DNA of 64,000 nt, from the NCBI GenBank assembly GCA_040182905.1, contig JARQWU010000028.1, positions 1 through 64,000 of the forward strand, in the 5' to 3' direction. The notes beneath the pieces are model-generated. The model did no database searches. It had not been told where the DNA came from and worked only from the letters and a program-made list of their open reading frames with translations. Positions 61,881 to 64,000 of this stretch are shown here, piece by piece; positions within the stretch are counted from its first letter, which is position 1, and every line of letters begins with the position of its first letter. Both the position numbers and the translations under genes were made by a program. Source of the stretch: Barthelona sp. PAP020 (lineage: Eukaryota).

Positions 61881-62666
61881 CTAATGGCTCAAAGCCATTG
61901 CTGTCAACTCTTTTGAATTTGTTTCAATAAAAGAAATCTGTTGCATTTCAGAATCAATGAAACCGAGATTGCATATGTCTTCTATCCTATCTTCATTTAA
62001 GACTAATTCATCATCATAATCCCAGCATTCAGTGGTATTATAAAATTGATTTATTTGTAAGCAGACATCATGGACTTGTCCATAATTGTTCCAATCAATC
62101 TTCAAGACCTTGATTCCCAATTCACTCATATCTTCAAGCCATTCTTGATAAATGATATCTAAATGTTCCAAATACTCAACTGGAATACCATTTTCACAAT
62201 CCCTTTTTCTAACGTTGTGTACTCTGTTCCAGCAAATTTGAGGCTTGACATCTAGATAGACTAAAATATGTGGATTGGGCAATAAATCCAACATCTGTCT
62301 TCTAACTTCCATATAATATTGAAATTGAGTATCATTCATCAAACCAGATTCATGACCTTGTTTAGCAAACACATAATCAGAATAAATAGATCTGTCTAAT
62401 AAAACTGTCTTTCCTTTCACTGCGAATTTAATTGCCTCAATAAAATATTGAAATCTTGTTGTCAATAACCACATTTGCATTGGAAAACAGTATTTTTGAG
62501 GATTCAAATAAAAATTGGCTAAATATGGATTACTATCAGCAGGTTCAAACATACTAATACAATGAGGATATTGTTCAGACAGATATTTTGTTAGGGTTGA
62601 TTTTCCTGCAGAAATATTCCCATCCACAAGTATAATCTTTCCATATTTGGATAATTGGTGTGTCAT
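61881..62666 (-). CDS. Deoxynucleoside kinase (dNK family)
   Basis: P-loop DGNISAGKST, EP..SNPYL..FY, DRSIYSD.VFA, RKRDCE.GIP.EYL. ATG at 62666. Confidence 0.9.
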   Translation of the reverse strand: MTHQLSKYGKIILVDGNISAGKSTLTKYLSEQYPHCISMFEPADSNPYLANFYLNPQKYCFPMQMWLLTTRFQYFIEAIKFAVKGKTVLLDRSIYSDYVFAKQGHESGLMNDTQFQYYMEVRRQMLDLLPNPHILVYLDVKPQICWNRVHNVRKRDCENGIPVEYLEHLDIIYQEWLEDMSELGIKVLKIDWNNYGQVHDVCLQINQFYNTTECWDYDDELVLNEDRIEDICNLGFIDSEMQQISFIETNSKELTAMALSH

Positions 62667-62982
62667 TTTGATTTGCAATTGTGGAAAATTTAAAAATAAT
62701 GCAAATCAAATTAAAAATAAAAAGTTACCTTTTTGATTTTACCTGTTTCTTTTTTATATTCTTTAAAATATACACTTATAAATGGTACTTTTAAATAATT
62801 ATAACATAATTAACCAATTTTTTTGGACTATACTCCGAAATTTCACCAAAAACTATTTTCAATGCAGCATCACAAATTTATTTTTTTTCATTATCACAAA
62901 TATTTTCAATTTTTTTGAATTTGAAAGCAATATTTTAAAATTCATTGAAAATTAAAAAGTATTCGATCTTTATTTTTGGTTC

Positions 62983-63330
62983 ATGGTTAAAAAAATTGTA
63001 TTTAAGGACTTAAACTGTCCAGAAAATGAATTGAATGAATTAAATTTCAATGCAATGAGTGAAATAATGAATTTAGTTTTTGATAATGAAAATCCTACGA
63101 TTTTTTCCAATAATTCTTCATTTGAAGTTCAACATTTTAAATATGAAAAAGAAAAGGATGAATTAACGATATTTCTGAAGGATACTATTAGTTCTCAACC
63201 TTCCACACCTGAACCCAATTTGGATTCAGATTCATTGAAGAGTGAAAAATCGAATAATCTTTTTGAAGAAAGCAAACAATTATTGGAGGAATATTTAAAT
63301 TCTATTAATAGGATAAAAGATAACAGATGA
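62983..63330 (+). CDS. Small hypothetical protein
   Basis: 115-aa ATG-initiated ORF with coding-like composition; no recognisable motif. Confidence 0.5.
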   Translation: MVKKIVFKDLNCPENELNELNFNAMSEIMNLVFDNENPTIFSNNSSFEVQHFKYEKEKDELTIFLKDTISSQPSTPEPNLDSDSLKSEKSNNLFEESKQLLEEYLNSINRIKDNR

Positions 63331-64000
63331 AAACATATGTATTTGATCAGTTGGTAGAAAAGCCGTCGTATTTTGTGTAAAAGACAGTGTAAATATGTTT
63401 ATGTTTTCTTCTTACAATTTCTGATATTGATTGTCAAACTGAAAATTTATTAAAGCAGAGATCATGATATTTTGCAAGCGATACACATGTATCCATTGTA
63501 GAACAACAAGGAATTACCGTTTTCATCAAGTAAACCCGTATAAAAGGCAATTTGGCAAAGGGAAGGGAAATATTAAGAGTATTTGTCCTTTGATATTCGG
63601 CACATATACATTTAAGAGCGCTTTTTTCTTAAGGTCTTTTGAACCCACAATACAAAACAACCAAGTGTCATTCCTGTTTCAATTCAGACCACTAAAAACA
63701 CAGGCTTAAAGAAACAATTTTTTTCAATATGTTTCATTGTTGTCTGTGTTTATTGCCAAAGAATTATTGGAAAAACTCATTTTATTGTTATTTGAAAGGT
63801 TAAATTTTGAAGTTGGACGTTTGATCAAAAAAAAATCAAAAATTTCGCAAATATTTTGGAAATCTAAACAGAATTTTGGTCACATCTTTTCTTTCATTTA
63901 GCCATTTCCCCAGTTTCCTATCAAAAGTAATAATGTTGCTTTTGTTGACCATTGTTGAAACGTAGAGTTAATAATACTAAGGAAGTAATTTTTAAATCAA

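Overview
AT-rich, gene-dense eukaryotic (protist) scaffold segment read in the standard genetic code, with one assembly gap (3801-4129). Most genes are intronless and closely packed. Only two introns were found, of 40 and 42 nt (Ran and LMBR1). Both read GTATAT...ACTAATnnnTAG, a fused branch-point/3' splice site like that of metamonads, so a metamonad source is inferred but not proven. Conserved genes flank the window: OFCC1-like, Snf7, APC10, Ran, Vps26, WDR62/MAPKBP1-like, IDI1, RWDD1, LST8, TAF10, POP1, WDR7-like, CMTR-like, Mpp10, LMBR1, PepD and a deoxynucleoside kinase. An accessory island lies between POP1 and the WDR7-like gene (~29-47.4 kb). It holds a WD40-kinase-truncated-HECT fusion, two divergently oriented kinase-ankyrin genes, a WD40 gene and an orphan ankyrin fragment. 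The 99/102-bp ankyrin units are nearly identical in DNA, shared between the loci, and vary mainly at the DARPin-type binding positions. This is the best candidate for an undescribed diversifying-receptor system. A ~322-bp hairpin-rich repeat occurs twice in inverted orientation (3245-3566 and 13995-14316). All calls come from motif recognition by eye; no database searches were run.
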